Shown: piece after piece, positions 38,614-48,743 of the stretch | Layout: each line of letters starts with the position of its first letter | How positions within the stretch are numbered: position 1 is the first letter of the stretch | Assembly: GCA_003483745.1 (NCBI GenBank) | Contig: DMYD01000042.1 | Span: 101,212-165,211, forward strand | Length of the DNA stretch: 64,000 bases | Source: Roseburia sp. | GTDB lineage: Bacteria; Bacillota; Clostridia; Lachnospirales; Lachnospiraceae | Direction: 5' to 3' | Position numbers and translations under genes: made by a program | Notes under the pieces: model-generated | The model's database searches: none | The model's input: the letters and a program-made list of their open reading frames with translations, nothing else | What the model was told of the DNA's origin: nothing

Positions 38614-39837
38614 ATGAGTAATAATGAGTTGTTAGAAGCGTTAAATATACTGGAACAGGAGAAGAATATCAGTAAGGATACATTACTTGAGGCAATTGAA
38701 AATTCTCTTGTGACAGCATGCAAGAACCATTTTGGTACATCGGATAATGTAAAAGTATCGATTGATCCAAAAACCTGTGAGTTCCATGTTTTTCAGGAAA
38801 AAACAGTTGTTGAAAATGTAGAAGATCCGGTAGAACAGATCAGTCTGGTCAATGCAAAAATGATTAATTCTAAATATGAGATTGGAGATATTGTAAATAT
38901 TGAGGTTCAGTCTAAGGAATTTGGACGTATCGCAACACAGAATGCAAAGAATGTGATCTTACAGAAGATTCGTGAGGAAGAACGTAAGGTTTTATATGAT
39001 CAGTATTACAGCATGGAAAAAGATGTGGTAACCGGTGTGGTACAGCGATATGTTGGAAGAAATGTCAGCATTAATTTAGGAAGAGTTGATGCAATTTTAA
39101 CAGAGAATGAGCAGGTAAAAGGCGAGGTATTCCAGCCGACAGAGCGTATCAAAGTGTATATTCTGGAAGTAAAGGCTACTTCAAAAGGACCAAAAGTATT
39201 AGTTTCCAGAACACATCCGGAACTTGTGAAACGTCTGTTCGAGTCTGAGGTTGCTGAGGTCCGTGAGGGTATCGTAGAGATCAAGGCAATCGCACGTGAG
39301 GCAGGAAGCAGAACAAAGATTGCGGTATGGTCAAATGACCCGGATGTCGATCCGGTTGGCGCATGCGTTGGTATGAATGGTGCCAGAGTCAATGCAATCG
39401 TTGGCGAGCTGCGCGGTGAGAAGATCGATATCATCACCTGGAATGAGAACCCGGCAATGATGATCGAAAATGCATTAAGTCCTGCGAAAGTTATCTCCGT
39501 TATCGCAGATGCAGAAGAAAAATCTGCAAAAGTGGTTGTTCCGGATTACCAGCTTTCTCTTGCAATCGGAAAAGAGGGACAGAATGCAAGACTTGCAGCA
39601 CGTCTGACAGGATTCAAGATCGACATCAAGAGCGAAACACAGGCGAGAGAGTCCGGTGACTTCTTAGATTATGAGAATGATTACGAGGAAGATGAGTATT
39701 ACGATGAGGACAGCGGGTCCTATGAGGATTACGAGGACGGCAGCGCACCGGCAGAGGAAGGCTACGAGGAAGACAGCTATGAGGCTGACGGAACAGAAGA
39801 AAACAATGCCGGAGCTGACGGTGAGGACAGAGAATAA
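38614..39837 (+). CDS. nusA: Transcription termination/antitermination factor NusA with acidic C-terminal tail
   Basis: S1 and two KH domains (GMNGARVNAIVGEL, AIGKEGQNARLAARLTG), then a D/E/Y-rich tail. Confidence 0.95.
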   Translation: MSNNELLEALNILEQEKNISKDTLLEAIENSLVTACKNHFGTSDNVKVSIDPKTCEFHVFQEKTVVENVEDPVEQISLVNAKMINSKYEIGDIVNIEVQSKEFGRIATQNAKNVILQKIREEERKVLYDQYYSMEKDVVTGVVQRYVGRNVSINLGRVDAILTENEQVKGEVFQPTERIKVYILEVKATSKGPKVLVSRTHPELVKRLFESEVAEVREGIVEIKAIAREAGSRTKIAVWSNDPDVDPVGACVGMNGARVNAIVGELRGEKIDIITWNENPAMMIENALSPAKVISVIADAEEKSAKVVVPDYQLSLAIGKEGQNARLAARLTGFKIDIKSETQARESGDFLDYENDYEEDEYYDEDSGSYEDYEDGSAPAEEGYEEDSYEADGTEENNAGADGEDRE

Positions 39838-39852
39838 GAGGTATTAAGAAGA

Positions 39853-40143
39853 ATGTCAAATAAAAAGATTCCGATGAGGCAGTGTGTCGGCTGTCATGAG
39901 ATGAAAGCCAAAAGAGATATGATCCGTGTGATCAAAACAGCGCCGACGGAAGAAGGGGAAACGGAGATCATTTTAGATGCAACTGGAAGAAAAAACGGAA
40001 GAGGAGCCTATATCTGCCCAAACCGTGAATGTCTTGCAATGGCGATGAAAAATAAAGGGTTAGAACGATCATTTAAAATGCCGATCCCGAAAGATGTATA
40101 TGAAACGCTGACAAAGGAGATGGAACAGCTTGAAACCAGATAG
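39853..40143 (+). CDS. ylxR: YlxR/RnpM family RNA-binding protein (DUF448)
   Basis: MRQCVGCHEMKAKRDMIRV...GRGAYIC, in the conserved position after nusA. Confidence 0.85.
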   Translation: MSNKKIPMRQCVGCHEMKAKRDMIRVIKTAPTEEGETEIILDATGRKNGRGAYICPNRECLAMAMKNKGLERSFKMPIPKDVYETLTKEMEQLETR

Positions 40144-40462
40144 AGTGTTATCTATGCTAGGAATTGCCGCAAAAGCCGGCAGTGTGGTGAGCGGAGAATT
40201 TTCTACGGAAAAGGCGGTAAAAGAGGGCAGGGCATACCTTGTCATCGTTGCACAGGATGCATCAGACAATACAAAGAAAATGTTTCGCAATATGACAGAT
40301 TTTTATCAGGTGCCAATGTATGAATATTCGGATAAAGAAATGCTTGGTCATTTCATTGGAAAAGAATTTCGTGCATCACTTGCAGTCACAAACGAGGGAC
40401 TGTCGCACTCGATCGAAGAGAGACTGAAACAACAATCACAACTGAATAATGGGAGGAATTAA
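40130..40462 (+). CDS. L7Ae/L30e family RNA-binding protein (YlxQ-like)
   Basis: TTG start overlapping the ylxR end. The AKAGSVVSGEFSTEKAVKEGRAYLVIVAQDASDN motif is present. Confidence 0.8.
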   Translation: MKPDRVLSMLGIAAKAGSVVSGEFSTEKAVKEGRAYLVIVAQDASDNTKKMFRNMTDFYQVPMYEYSDKEMLGHFIGKEFRASLAVTNEGLSHSIEERLKQQSQLNNGRN

Positions 40463-40467
40463 GATAA

Positions 40468-43422
40468 ATGGCAAAAATGAGAGTATATGACCTTGCAAAA
40501 GAATTAGGAATAGAAAGTAAACAGATTATAGAAACATTGAATACGACGGAATATGCAGTAAAAGCAGCTTCAAGCAATGTAGATGATCCTGCACAGGAAA
40601 TTGTGAGAAAGAAATTCACAAAATCTGCAGCAGCGGAGAATACAGCAAAGGCACAGAGCAAAGAAAATGTGTCTGAGAGTAAACAGACAGAGAATAAAAC
40701 AGCTGCACCGGAAAATAAACCGGCACAGAAGCCACAGGCAAATGAGCAGGCGAAAGCAGCAGAAAATACGGATCAGCGTCCGAAGAAAAAATCCAGTATT
40801 ACAGCTGTGTTTAACGCGCAGTACAGCAAACAGGGCGGTGGCCGTGGCGGCAATAATAATAACAGACGCCCGGGAAATGGTGACAGACGTCCGGGAAATG
40901 GCGAACGCCGTCCGCAGGGACAGAATCCAAACCGCGGCAATGCGCAGGCAAGACCGGCATCCGGTTATGATGTGAGAAAAGCATTTGAGCGTGCAATCAA
41001 CCCGGAGGCAGCAAAAGCAGCGGAAGAGGCAGAACGTCTTGCAGCAGCAAAGGCAGCAGAGTTGAAAGCACAGAGAGAAGCAAAACCGGTTGCAGAAGAT
41101 CCGAAGAAAACGGTTGAAAAAGTACAGGTACAGACTCCAAGAGAAAATGTATATGCACAGAATCCGGAATACCGTCCGCAGAATAATGACCGCCGTCAGG
41201 GGAATAATAATGACAGGCGTGACCGCGGTAATAATAACAATGGTCAGCGTCGTCCGCAGGGAGATGGAAGAAACCAGAGAAACAATGGTGACAGACCACA
41301 GCGCCCATATGGTGATAGAAATGGAAGAAATGACGGACAGCGTCCATACCAGAATAATGGCAGACCGGGTCAGGGCCAGGGTGACAGAAATAACAACAGA
41401 AATAATGGCTTCCGTGGTGGAAACAATGGTGGCGGCAGACTTGACCGTGAGATTGACCGCTTCAATAAAGAAGCAGCCACAGCAGCACCGGAAGAGTTAA
41501 GAGGAAAAGAATCCAGAGAACGCGATAAGGACAGAAACAAAAACGCAAGACAGCGCAATGATTATGATGCACTTGGCGGAAAGAAACAGGAGCGCTTTAT
41601 CAATCTTGAGAAGAACGGTGGTAAGAAGAAACCGCAGCAGCAGCCAAAACAGCAGCCGGAAGAAGATGTGATCCGTACATTGGTTCTGCCGGAAAAACTT
41701 ACGATCAGAGAGTTGGCTGACAAGATGAAAGTGCAGCCGTCCGTAATCGTTAAAAAACTGTTCTTAAAAGGAACAATGGTTACCGTAAACCAGGAAGTGG
41801 ATTACGAGCAGGCAGAAGAGATTGCATTAGAGTTTAACTGCATCTGTGAGCCGGAAGAAAAAGTTGATGTGATCGCCGAACTCTTAAAAGAGGAAGATGA
41901 TCCGGAAGAGACATTAGTACCGCGTCCACCGGTTGTCTGTGTTATGGGTCACGTTGACCATGGTAAAACATCTTTGCTGGATGCAATCCGTTCTACCCGT
42001 GTAACAGACAGAGAGGCAGGCGGTATCACACAGCACATCGGTGCATCTGTTGTATCTATCAATGGTCAGAATATCACATTCTTAGATACACCTGGACATG
42101 AGGCATTTACCGCAATGCGTATGCGTGGTGCAAATTCTACCGATATTGCAATCTTAGTTGTTGCAGCCGACGATGGTGTAATGCCACAGACGGTGGAGGC
42201 AATCAACCATGCGAAAGCAGCAGGTGTTGAGATCATTGTTGCGATCAACAAGATTGATAAGCCGAGTGCAAACATTGAGCGTGTAAAACAGGAGTTATCT
42301 GAGTATGAACTCATCCCGGAAGACTGGGGCGGAAGCACGATCTTCTGTCCGGTATCCGCACATACAAAAGAGGGTATCGACAACCTGCTTGAGATGATCC
42401 TTTTAACAGCAGAAGTACTTGAGTTAAAAGCAAATCCAAAACGTAATGCAAGAGGTCTTGTTATTGAGGCACAGCTTGATAAAGGACGTGGTGCTGTTGC
42501 AACTGTTTTAGTACAGAAAGGTACTTTAAAAGTTGGTCAGCCGGTAGCATGCGGAAGCTGCTACGGTAAAGTCCGTGCAATGATCGATGATCAGGGAAGA
42601 CGTGTCAAAGAGGCTGGACCTTCCATGCCGGTAGAGATTTTAGGTTTATCCTCTGTTCCGGAAGCAGGAGAGACATTCGTTGCCATGGACACAGAGAAAG
42701 AGGCAAGAGCATTTGCGGAGACTTATATTTCTGAGGGCAAGAACCGTCTGATCGAAGATACCAAAGCAAAGATGTCCTTAGACGATCTGTTCTCACAGAT
42801 CCAGTCCGGAAATGTCAAAGAACTCGATATTATTGTAAAAGCCGATGTACAGGGTTCTGTAGAGGCAGTAAAACAGAGTCTTGTAAAACTCTCGAACGAA
42901 GAAGTAGTCGTAAAAGTCATCCATGGTGGTGTTGGTGCGATCAACGAGTCCGATGTCAGCCTTGCATCTGCATCTAATGCAATCATCATTGGATTTAACG
43001 TCCGTCCGGATCCGACTGCAAAACTTACTGCAGATAAAGAAAATGTAGATATCCGTCTCTATAAAGTCATCTACAATGCAATCGAGGATGTAGAAGCAGC
43101 CATGAAGGGAATGTTAGACCCGGTATACGAGGAAAAAGTATTAGGCCATGCAGAGATCCGTCAGATCTTCAAGGCTTCCGGTGTCGGCAATATCGCTGGT
43201 TCTTATGTGCTTGACGGTATGTTCCAGAGAGGATGTAAAGTTCGTATCTCACGTGAGGGCGAGCAGATCTTTGAGGGTGATTTAGCTTCCTTAAAGAGAT
43301 TTAAAGATGATGTCAAAGAAGTAAAAGCAGGATTTGAGTGCGGTCTCGTATTTGAAGGTTTCGGTGATTTCCAGGAATTAGATATTGTAGAAGCGTACAC
43401 AATGGTTGAGGTACCGCGCTAA
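40468..43422 (+). CDS. infB: Translation initiation factor IF-2 with long R/N/G/Q-rich low-complexity N-terminal region
   Basis: 984 aa. G-domain [16 protein letters not shown]...DTPGHEAF...NKID and conserved C-terminal domains. Confidence 0.95.
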   Translation: MAKMRVYDLAKELGIESKQIIETLNTTEYAVKAASSNVDDPAQEIVRKKFTKSAAAENTAKAQSKENVSESKQTENKTAAPENKPAQKPQANEQAKAAENTDQRPKKKSSITAVFNAQYSKQGGGRGGNNNNRRPGNGDRRPGNGERRPQGQNPNRGNAQARPASGYDVRKAFERAINPEAAKAAEEAERLAAAKAAELKAQREAKPVAEDPKKTVEKVQVQTPRENVYAQNPEYRPQNNDRRQGNNNDRRDRGNNNNGQRRPQGDGRNQRNNGDRPQRPYGDRNGRNDGQRPYQNNGRPGQGQGDRNNNRNNGFRGGNNGGGRLDREIDRFNKEAATAAPEELRGKESRERDKDRNKNARQRNDYDALGGKKQERFINLEKNGGKKKPQQQPKQQPEEDVIRTLVLPEKLTIRELADKMKVQPSVIVKKLFLKGTMVTVNQEVDYEQAEEIALEFNCICEPEEKVDVIAELLKEEDDPEETLVPRPPVVCVMGHVDHGKTSLLDAIRSTRVTDREAGGITQHIGASVVSINGQNITFLDTPGHEAFTAMRMRGANSTDIAILVVAADDGVMPQTVEAINHAKAAGVEIIVAINKIDKPSANIERVKQELSEYELIPEDWGGSTIFCPVSAHTKEGIDNLLEMILLTAEVLELKANPKRNARGLVIEAQLDKGRGAVATVLVQKGTLKVGQPVACGSCYGKVRAMIDDQGRRVKEAGPSMPVEILGLSSVPEAGETFVAMDTEKEARAFAETYISEGKNRLIEDTKAKMSLDDLFSQIQSGNVKELDIIVKADVQGSVEAVKQSLVKLSNEEVVVKVIHGGVGAINESDVSLASASNAIIIGFNVRPDPTAKLTADKENVDIRLYKVIYNAIEDVEAAMKGMLDPVYEEKVLGHAEIRQIFKASGVGNIAGSYVLDGMFQRGCKVRISREGEQIFEGDLASLKRFKDDVKEVKAGFECGLVFEGFGDFQELDIVEAYTMVEVPR

Positions 43423-43442
43423 GAAGTTGTGTGAGGATTAAT

Positions 43443-43823
43443 ATGAGAAAAAACAGTATTAAGAATACCAGGATCAATGGAGAGGTGCAGCGCGAACTTT
43501 CCAATATCATCCGCGGGGAGATCAAAGACCCGCGGATCAATCCGCTGACAAGCGTTGTGGCAGTGGAGGTTGCGCCGGATTTAAAAACATGTAAAGCATA
43601 TATTAGTGTTTTAGGGGATGAAGAATCCCAGGCAAAAACGCTCGCAGGGTTAAAGAGTGCGGAAGGCTTTATCCGCAGCAAACTTGCTAAGACCGTCAAT
43701 TTGCGCAATACACCGGAGATTCGTTTTGTGTTAGATCAGTCGATCGAGTATGGTGTAAAGATGTCTAAGATGATCGACGAGGTCACAAAAGATATCAAAA
43801 GCGAAGACGATACAGAAGAATAA
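43443..43823 (+). CDS. rbfA: Ribosome-binding factor A
   Basis: RINGEVQRELSNII, a KH-like fold. The start is at the ATG after GAGGA. Confidence 0.9.
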   Translation: MRKNSIKNTRINGEVQRELSNIIRGEIKDPRINPLTSVVAVEVAPDLKTCKAYISVLGDEESQAKTLAGLKSAEGFIRSKLAKTVNLRNTPEIRFVLDQSIEYGVKMSKMIDEVTKDIKSEDDTEE

Positions 43824-43861
43824 GACATACGGAATGCGTATATTTGGGGATGGAGGAGAAC

Positions 43862-44815
43862 ATGAAAAGTCTTGATGAACTTTTCGCAGGAGTAAAGACA
43901 GTTGCCATTGCAGGTCATATCAGACCGGATGGAGACTGTGTCGGCTCCTGCCTTGCAACCTATAACTATATTACAACATATTATCCAGACATAGATGTCA
44001 GTCTGTATCTGCAGCCGATCCCAAACATTTTCAAATTCATGAAAAATGCGGATAAGATCATAAGCGACTGCACTGCGGAAAAAAGTTATGACCTGTTTAT
44101 CGCACAGGACTGCGGAGATCTTGGAAGACTTGGGGATGCGGCAAAATATTTTGAGCATGCAAAGAAAACAGCATGTATCGATCATCATATCAGCAATCAG
44201 AGTTTTGCAGATGAGAATTATATTTTCCCGCAGGCAAGTTCTGCATCGGAACTGGTATTTGAACTGATTCCGAGAGAACGTCTGACCAAAGAGATCGCAG
44301 AGTGTATTTATACCGGAATCATCCATGATACCGGCGTGTTCCAGTATTCCTGTACATCAGAAAAAACGATGGAAGCAGCAGGGGTTCTGATGGGAATGGG
44401 CATTGATTTCCCTAAAATTGTGGATCAGACATTTTTTACAAAGACTTATGAGCAGAACCGCATTATGGGACTTGCACTGGTAAAAAGTAAGCTGCATCTG
44501 GATGGAAAATGTATCTCAAGCATCATTACTGCAGAGGAAATGAGAGAATACAATGTTCTTCCGAAACATTTAGATGGAATCGTCAGCCAGCTCCGCGTGA
44601 CAAAGGATGTGGAAGTGGCAGTCTTTTTGTATCAGACAGATGAAGAAAATTATAAAGTCAGCACCCGTTCTGCAAGTTATGTGGATGTTGCAAGGATCGC
44701 AGCAAGATATGGCGGCGGTGGACATATCCGGGCGGCCGGTTTTTCTGTGGCGGGAGATCCAAAGGAACGGCTGAATGAAATTATTGAAGATATCAGAGAA
44801 CAGATCACAGATTAA
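43862..44815 (+). CDS. nrnA: DHH/DHHA1 family phosphoesterase (NrnA-like oligoribonuclease / pAp phosphatase)
   Basis: AIAGHIRPDGDCVGSCLA and DHH motifs. The C-terminal DHHA1 GGGH motif is ARYGGGGHIRAAG. Confidence 0.8.
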   Translation: MKSLDELFAGVKTVAIAGHIRPDGDCVGSCLATYNYITTYYPDIDVSLYLQPIPNIFKFMKNADKIISDCTAEKSYDLFIAQDCGDLGRLGDAAKYFEHAKKTACIDHHISNQSFADENYIFPQASSASELVFELIPRERLTKEIAECIYTGIIHDTGVFQYSCTSEKTMEAAGVLMGMGIDFPKIVDQTFFTKTYEQNRIMGLALVKSKLHLDGKCISSIITAEEMREYNVLPKHLDGIVSQLRVTKDVEVAVFLYQTDEENYKVSTRSASYVDVARIAARYGGGGHIRAAGFSVAGDPKERLNEIIEDIREQITD

Positions 44816-44881
44816 CGATACAGGCAGCCTGAAATTTTCAGATTGCAGAAAATGACGGCTGTACATGAGACGGGAAAATTT

Positions 44882-45817
44882 ATGATTAACGGAATTATCA
44901 ATGTATACAAAGAAAAAGGATATACATCCTTTGATGTGGTCGCAAAACTAAGAGGTATTTTAAAAACAAAGAAAATCGGACACACAGGGACACTCGATCC
45001 GGATGCGGAGGGAGTGCTTCCTGTGTGTCTTGGTAAAGCGACAAAAGTCTGCGACCTTTTGACGGACAAAAATAAAGAATATGTTGCGGTGATGCTGCTC
45101 GGAAAGATAACAGACACGCAGGATGTCACTGGAACTGTTTTAGAGGAACATCCGGTAGAAGTAACGGAAGAACAGGTAAAAGAGGCAGTTCTTTCTTTTA
45201 TAGGAGACTACATGCAGGTGCCGCCAATGTACTCTGCACTAAAAGTGAATGGGAAAAAACTGTGTGATCTGGCGAGAAGCGGTGTGACGGTAGAACGACA
45301 GGCAAGACCGGTTCAGATCTATTCCATTGAGATTATTAAAATGGAACTCCCGCGTGTCTGTATGCGTGTGCGCTGCTCAAAGGGAACTTATATCCGTACA
45401 TTATGCCAGGATATCGGTGAGAAACTTTCCTGCGGAGCATGTATGGAAGCACTCCTTCGCACAAAAGTATCTGAGTTTTGTGTACAGGATGCACTTCGTC
45501 TTTCCGAGATTGAAGAACGTGTACAAAAAGCAGCAGGACAGATAACGCCGGAACAGTGGAATACAGAGATGTTTGATTTTATCTATGCAGTCGATTCCGT
45601 ATTTTTACAGTATAAAAAAGCGGTAATCTGCAGAGAATGGAACAAACTGCTATATAATGGAAACCGGATGAAAAAAGATATGTTTGTATCCTATCAGAAA
45701 GATTGGGAACAGCAGAAAATCCGTATTTATGATGAAGAAGGGCGTTTTATCGGAATATATGAATACTCTGAGACACACGGGGATTATAAACCGGTAAAAT
45801 TGTTTATGGAAGCATGA
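44882..45817 (+). CDS. truB: tRNA pseudouridine(55) synthase
   Basis: MINGIINVYKEKGYTSFDVV...GHTGTLDPDAEGVLPV catalytic-Asp motif. Upstream in-frame TTG and ATG alternatives exist. Confidence 0.85.
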   Translation: MINGIINVYKEKGYTSFDVVAKLRGILKTKKIGHTGTLDPDAEGVLPVCLGKATKVCDLLTDKNKEYVAVMLLGKITDTQDVTGTVLEEHPVEVTEEQVKEAVLSFIGDYMQVPPMYSALKVNGKKLCDLARSGVTVERQARPVQIYSIEIIKMELPRVCMRVRCSKGTYIRTLCQDIGEKLSCGACMEALLRTKVSEFCVQDALRLSEIEERVQKAAGQITPEQWNTEMFDFIYAVDSVFLQYKKAVICREWNKLLYNGNRMKKDMFVSYQKDWEQQKIRIYDEEGRFIGIYEYSETHGDYKPVKLFMEA

Positions 45818-46743
45818 AATATCTGAAAAACACAACCGAATTTTATATTGAAGAACCCACCGTACTTTCACTTGGAAAATTTGACGGGATACACAGAGGT
45901 CATGAACTTCTGATGGAACATCTGGCATCTAAAAAGGAAGAGGGACTTGCTGCAGTCATATTCACGTTTAACATTCCACCACGGAAAAGCGTGGAACAGA
46001 TTGAGGCAAAAGTTTTGACGACCAATGAAGAAAAGATGCATATCTTTGAGCAGATCGGGATCGATTATCTGGTCGAGTGTCCATTTACAAAGGACATCAT
46101 GTGCATGGAACCGGAAGATTTTATTGCCAAGATCGTACACCAGCTGCAGGTAAAGTGTTTTGTGGTCGGTTCCGATTTTCACTTTGGGCACAATCGCAGG
46201 GGCGACTATCATATGTTAAAAGAATTATCCGATAAGTATGATTATGAGGTGCTTGTGATCAACAAAATGCAGGAAGATAAAAGAGATATCAGCAGCACGT
46301 TTGTCAGGGAAGAAATTTCAAAGGGCAATATTGAAAAAGCGAATCATCTGCTTGGATATCACTATTTTGTGACCGGGGAAATACTTCATGGGAGACATCT
46401 GGGAAGTACCAAACTTGGAATCCCGACAATCAACCAGATTCCACCGGAAGAAAAACTGCTTCCGGAGAGCGGTGTATATGTCACGGAGGTGCGTCTTGGT
46501 GATCAGATCTACCGTGGTGTTACAAATGTTGGGGTAAAACCGACGATTGAAGGAAAAAATCCGATTGGAGTTGAAACACATCTTCTGGATTTTGCAGGGG
46601 ATCTCTATGGAAAAGTAGTGACGGTGGAGTTTTTGACACGCGTACGTGAAGAACGGAAATTCCCATCCATCGAGGCTCTGAAAGAGGAAATGCAGAGTAA
46701 TATTGCCTATGCAAGAGCTTGGTTTGAGAAAAATGAACACTAA
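45814..46743 (+). CDS. ribF: Bifunctional riboflavin kinase / FAD synthetase
   Basis: LGKFDGIHRGH is the nucleotidyltransferase motif. The C-terminal riboflavin kinase domain is GRHLGSTKLGIPTIN. Confidence 0.9.
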   Translation: MKYLKNTTEFYIEEPTVLSLGKFDGIHRGHELLMEHLASKKEEGLAAVIFTFNIPPRKSVEQIEAKVLTTNEEKMHIFEQIGIDYLVECPFTKDIMCMEPEDFIAKIVHQLQVKCFVVGSDFHFGHNRRGDYHMLKELSDKYDYEVLVINKMQEDKRDISSTFVREEISKGNIEKANHLLGYHYFVTGEILHGRHLGSTKLGIPTINQIPPEEKLLPESGVYVTEVRLGDQIYRGVTNVGVKPTIEGKNPIGVETHLLDFAGDLYGKVVTVEFLTRVREERKFPSIEALKEEMQSNIAYARAWFEKNEH

Positions 46744-46770
46744 ATATTACGGAAATATTACATAATTATG

Positions 46771-46799
46771 TTGACATTGTAAAAAATGACTGCTATACT
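46771..46799 (+). promoter_or_regulatory. Sigma-A promoter (TTGACA-17-TGcTATACT) upstream of the C40 peptidase gene
   Basis: Read directly. Confidence 0.5.
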
Positions 46800-46850
46800 T
46801 GAGCGGTATTGAAAAACGAAGTATTTAGGGTTCTTTGGAAAGGTACGGAT

Positions 46851-48056
46851 ATGAAAGCAAAATGGGTTAAGACAGCCGGACTTCTTGCGGCCGGTTCTCT
46901 TGTATTTTCAGTAGCATATATTGATGGACGGTCAGGTGTGAAGAACGAGCATACAGTAATGTCAGAGAGTACAGGTTCTCAGATAAATGAAGTATCTGCG
47001 GGAGTGTCTTCCACATTGGCAGAACAGATGGAAAATTACTCAAAGCATGAAGCGGATCTTGCATCCGGTGTTACGGATGCGATGTCGGGTTATCTTTCTG
47101 TTACGGCAGCGGATATGGCCAGTGTTTCCGAATCAGACCGCGATATGACGGCGTCCGGTCAGGAGGATGAAACGCAGGAAGATGATGCGGCAAAAGCACT
47201 TGCAGATGCAGCGAGTGAATTTGGCTATACGAATCTTGGAATCGCACAGGCAGATGGCAATATCAATGTCCGCGAGACACCTGGAACAGAGGCAGAGATT
47301 GTTGGAAAACTGCCAAACAATGCAGGATGTGAGATCATTGGAACAGACGGTGAATGGACACAGATTGAGTCAGGAAAAGTAAAAGGATATGTAAAATCAG
47401 AATATCTTCTGACAGGAGAGGCTGCAGTTGCGAAAGCACAGGAAGTAAAGCAGACAGTCGCAACAGTGACGACGACAACCCTCTATGTCCGTGACGAAGC
47501 GAACACAGACAGCCATGTCATTACCATGATGCCGGAAGGAGAGGAACTAGAAGTCCTAGAAGTCCTTGACGGCTGGGTAAAGATCAATGTCGATAGTGAT
47601 GAGGGATATGTTTCCTCTGATTATGTAAGTATTGCAACCGAACTGCCGAAGGCGCAGACCATGACGGAGGTTCGTTATGGACAGGGCGTATCGGATGTCC
47701 GCGTATCACTTGTCTCTTATGCGACGCAGTTTGTAGGCAACCCATATGTCTGGGGTGGAACTAGTCTGACAAGAGGAGCAGACTGTTCTGGATTTGTTAT
47801 GAGTGTATTTGCCAATTATGGTATTTCACTTCCACATTCTTCAAGAGCACAGGCAAACTGCGGTACAAAGATTTCCGCATCAGATGCCCAGCCGGGAGAT
47901 CTTTTCTTCTATGGCAATGGCAGCAGTATCAATCATGTGGCTATTTATATCGGTGGAGGCAGTGTAGTACATGCAAGTTCACCGAAGTCCGGTATCAAAA
48001 TTTCCGGAGCTTATTACAGAACACCGGTTAAAGTAGTCCGTGTGATCAATAATTAA
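46851..48056 (+). CDS. Secreted C40 (NlpC/P60) family peptidase with two SH3-like domains
   Basis: A signal peptide/TM, two SH3b-like repeats (GNINVRETPGTEAEIVGKL...; TLYVRDEANTDSHVIT...) and a C-terminal NlpC/P60 domain with catalytic Cys (DCSGFV) and His (INHVAIY). Confidence 0.7.
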   Translation: MKAKWVKTAGLLAAGSLVFSVAYIDGRSGVKNEHTVMSESTGSQINEVSAGVSSTLAEQMENYSKHEADLASGVTDAMSGYLSVTAADMASVSESDRDMTASGQEDETQEDDAAKALADAASEFGYTNLGIAQADGNINVRETPGTEAEIVGKLPNNAGCEIIGTDGEWTQIESGKVKGYVKSEYLLTGEAAVAKAQEVKQTVATVTTTTLYVRDEANTDSHVITMMPEGEELEVLEVLDGWVKINVDSDEGYVSSDYVSIATELPKAQTMTEVRYGQGVSDVRVSLVSYATQFVGNPYVWGGTSLTRGADCSGFVMSVFANYGISLPHSSRAQANCGTKISASDAQPGDLFFYGNGSSINHVAIYIGGGSVVHASSPKSGIKISGAYYRTPVKVVRVINN

Positions 48057-48065
48057 AATTAGGCA

Positions 48066-48094
48066 TTTACAACGAAACCAACCCATGCTATAAT
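48066..48094 (+). promoter_or_regulatory. Sigma-A promoter (TTTACA-17-TGcTATAAT) plus a structured ~110-nt leader upstream of rpsO
   Basis: Read directly. The leader contains several short GC stems (tcgg...ccga; ccgg...ccgg). Confidence 0.5.
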
Positions 48095-48207
48095 AACGGA
48101 GTATGAGTTCAGCCCATATTCGGTAGATGGACACTCCGACCTTTTACTGAGTATCATATCCCGGCACGACCGGAGCGGGCGTTTAATAAGAAAAGGAGGA
48201 TCATAAC

Positions 48208-48474
48208 ATGATCGCAAAGGAAAAGAAACAGGCAATTATCGCAGAGTATGGCAGAACACCGGGAGATACAGGTTCACCGGAAGTTCAGATCGCTATCTTA
48301 ACAGCACGTATTGAGGAGTTAAATGCTCATCTTGCTGAGAACAAAAACGACTATCATTCAAGACGTGGTCTTTTAAAGATGGTTGGTCAGAGACGTGGTT
48401 TACTGGCATACTTAAAGAAAGTTGATATCGAAAGATATCGTTCCTTAATTGAACGTTTAGGTCTTAGAAAATAA
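48208..48474 (+). CDS. rpsO: 30S ribosomal protein S15
   Basis: 88 aa; [17 protein letters not shown]...HSRRGLL. Confidence 0.95.
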   Translation: MIAKEKKQAIIAEYGRTPGDTGSPEVQIAILTARIEELNAHLAENKNDYHSRRGLLKMVGQRRGLLAYLKKVDIERYRSLIERLGLRK

Positions 48475-48554
48475 GATCTTCTCCATACAAAGCCGGTTTT
48501 ATATAGAAACCGGTCTGTATGGATGCCGTGTGGGACATGCTTTCATACGGTTTT

Positions 48555-48586
48555 ATCGAGTGGAGACTTACTCCACTCGATTTTCA
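48555..48586 (+). terminator. Hairpin (cgagtggag/ctccactcg) plus ATTTTCAG between rpsO and pnp
   Basis: A 9-bp stem. It is preceded by a second long imperfect hairpin at ~48483-48522. Confidence 0.4.
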
Positions 48587-48743
48587 GTTAAAAACAGAAA
48601 GAATCCTGTGGAAACGGATTCTTTTCTAAAAAGTGAATGACAGGCAGAAGTATATTTCCGAGACCACTGAAAAATGTATGAAAAGTCGTGTGTTTTTCAG
48701 TAGTTTCGGTGCTTCTGTCTCCACAGAGAAAAGGAGAAAACGC

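Noticed and set aside
40667-41500. Several ORFs on both strands, including His-rich and Arg-rich ones, across the 5' third of infB.
   Set aside because: They are alternative-frame translations of the repetitive R/N/G/Q-coding low-complexity region of IF-2. The infB frame is continuous and conserved.
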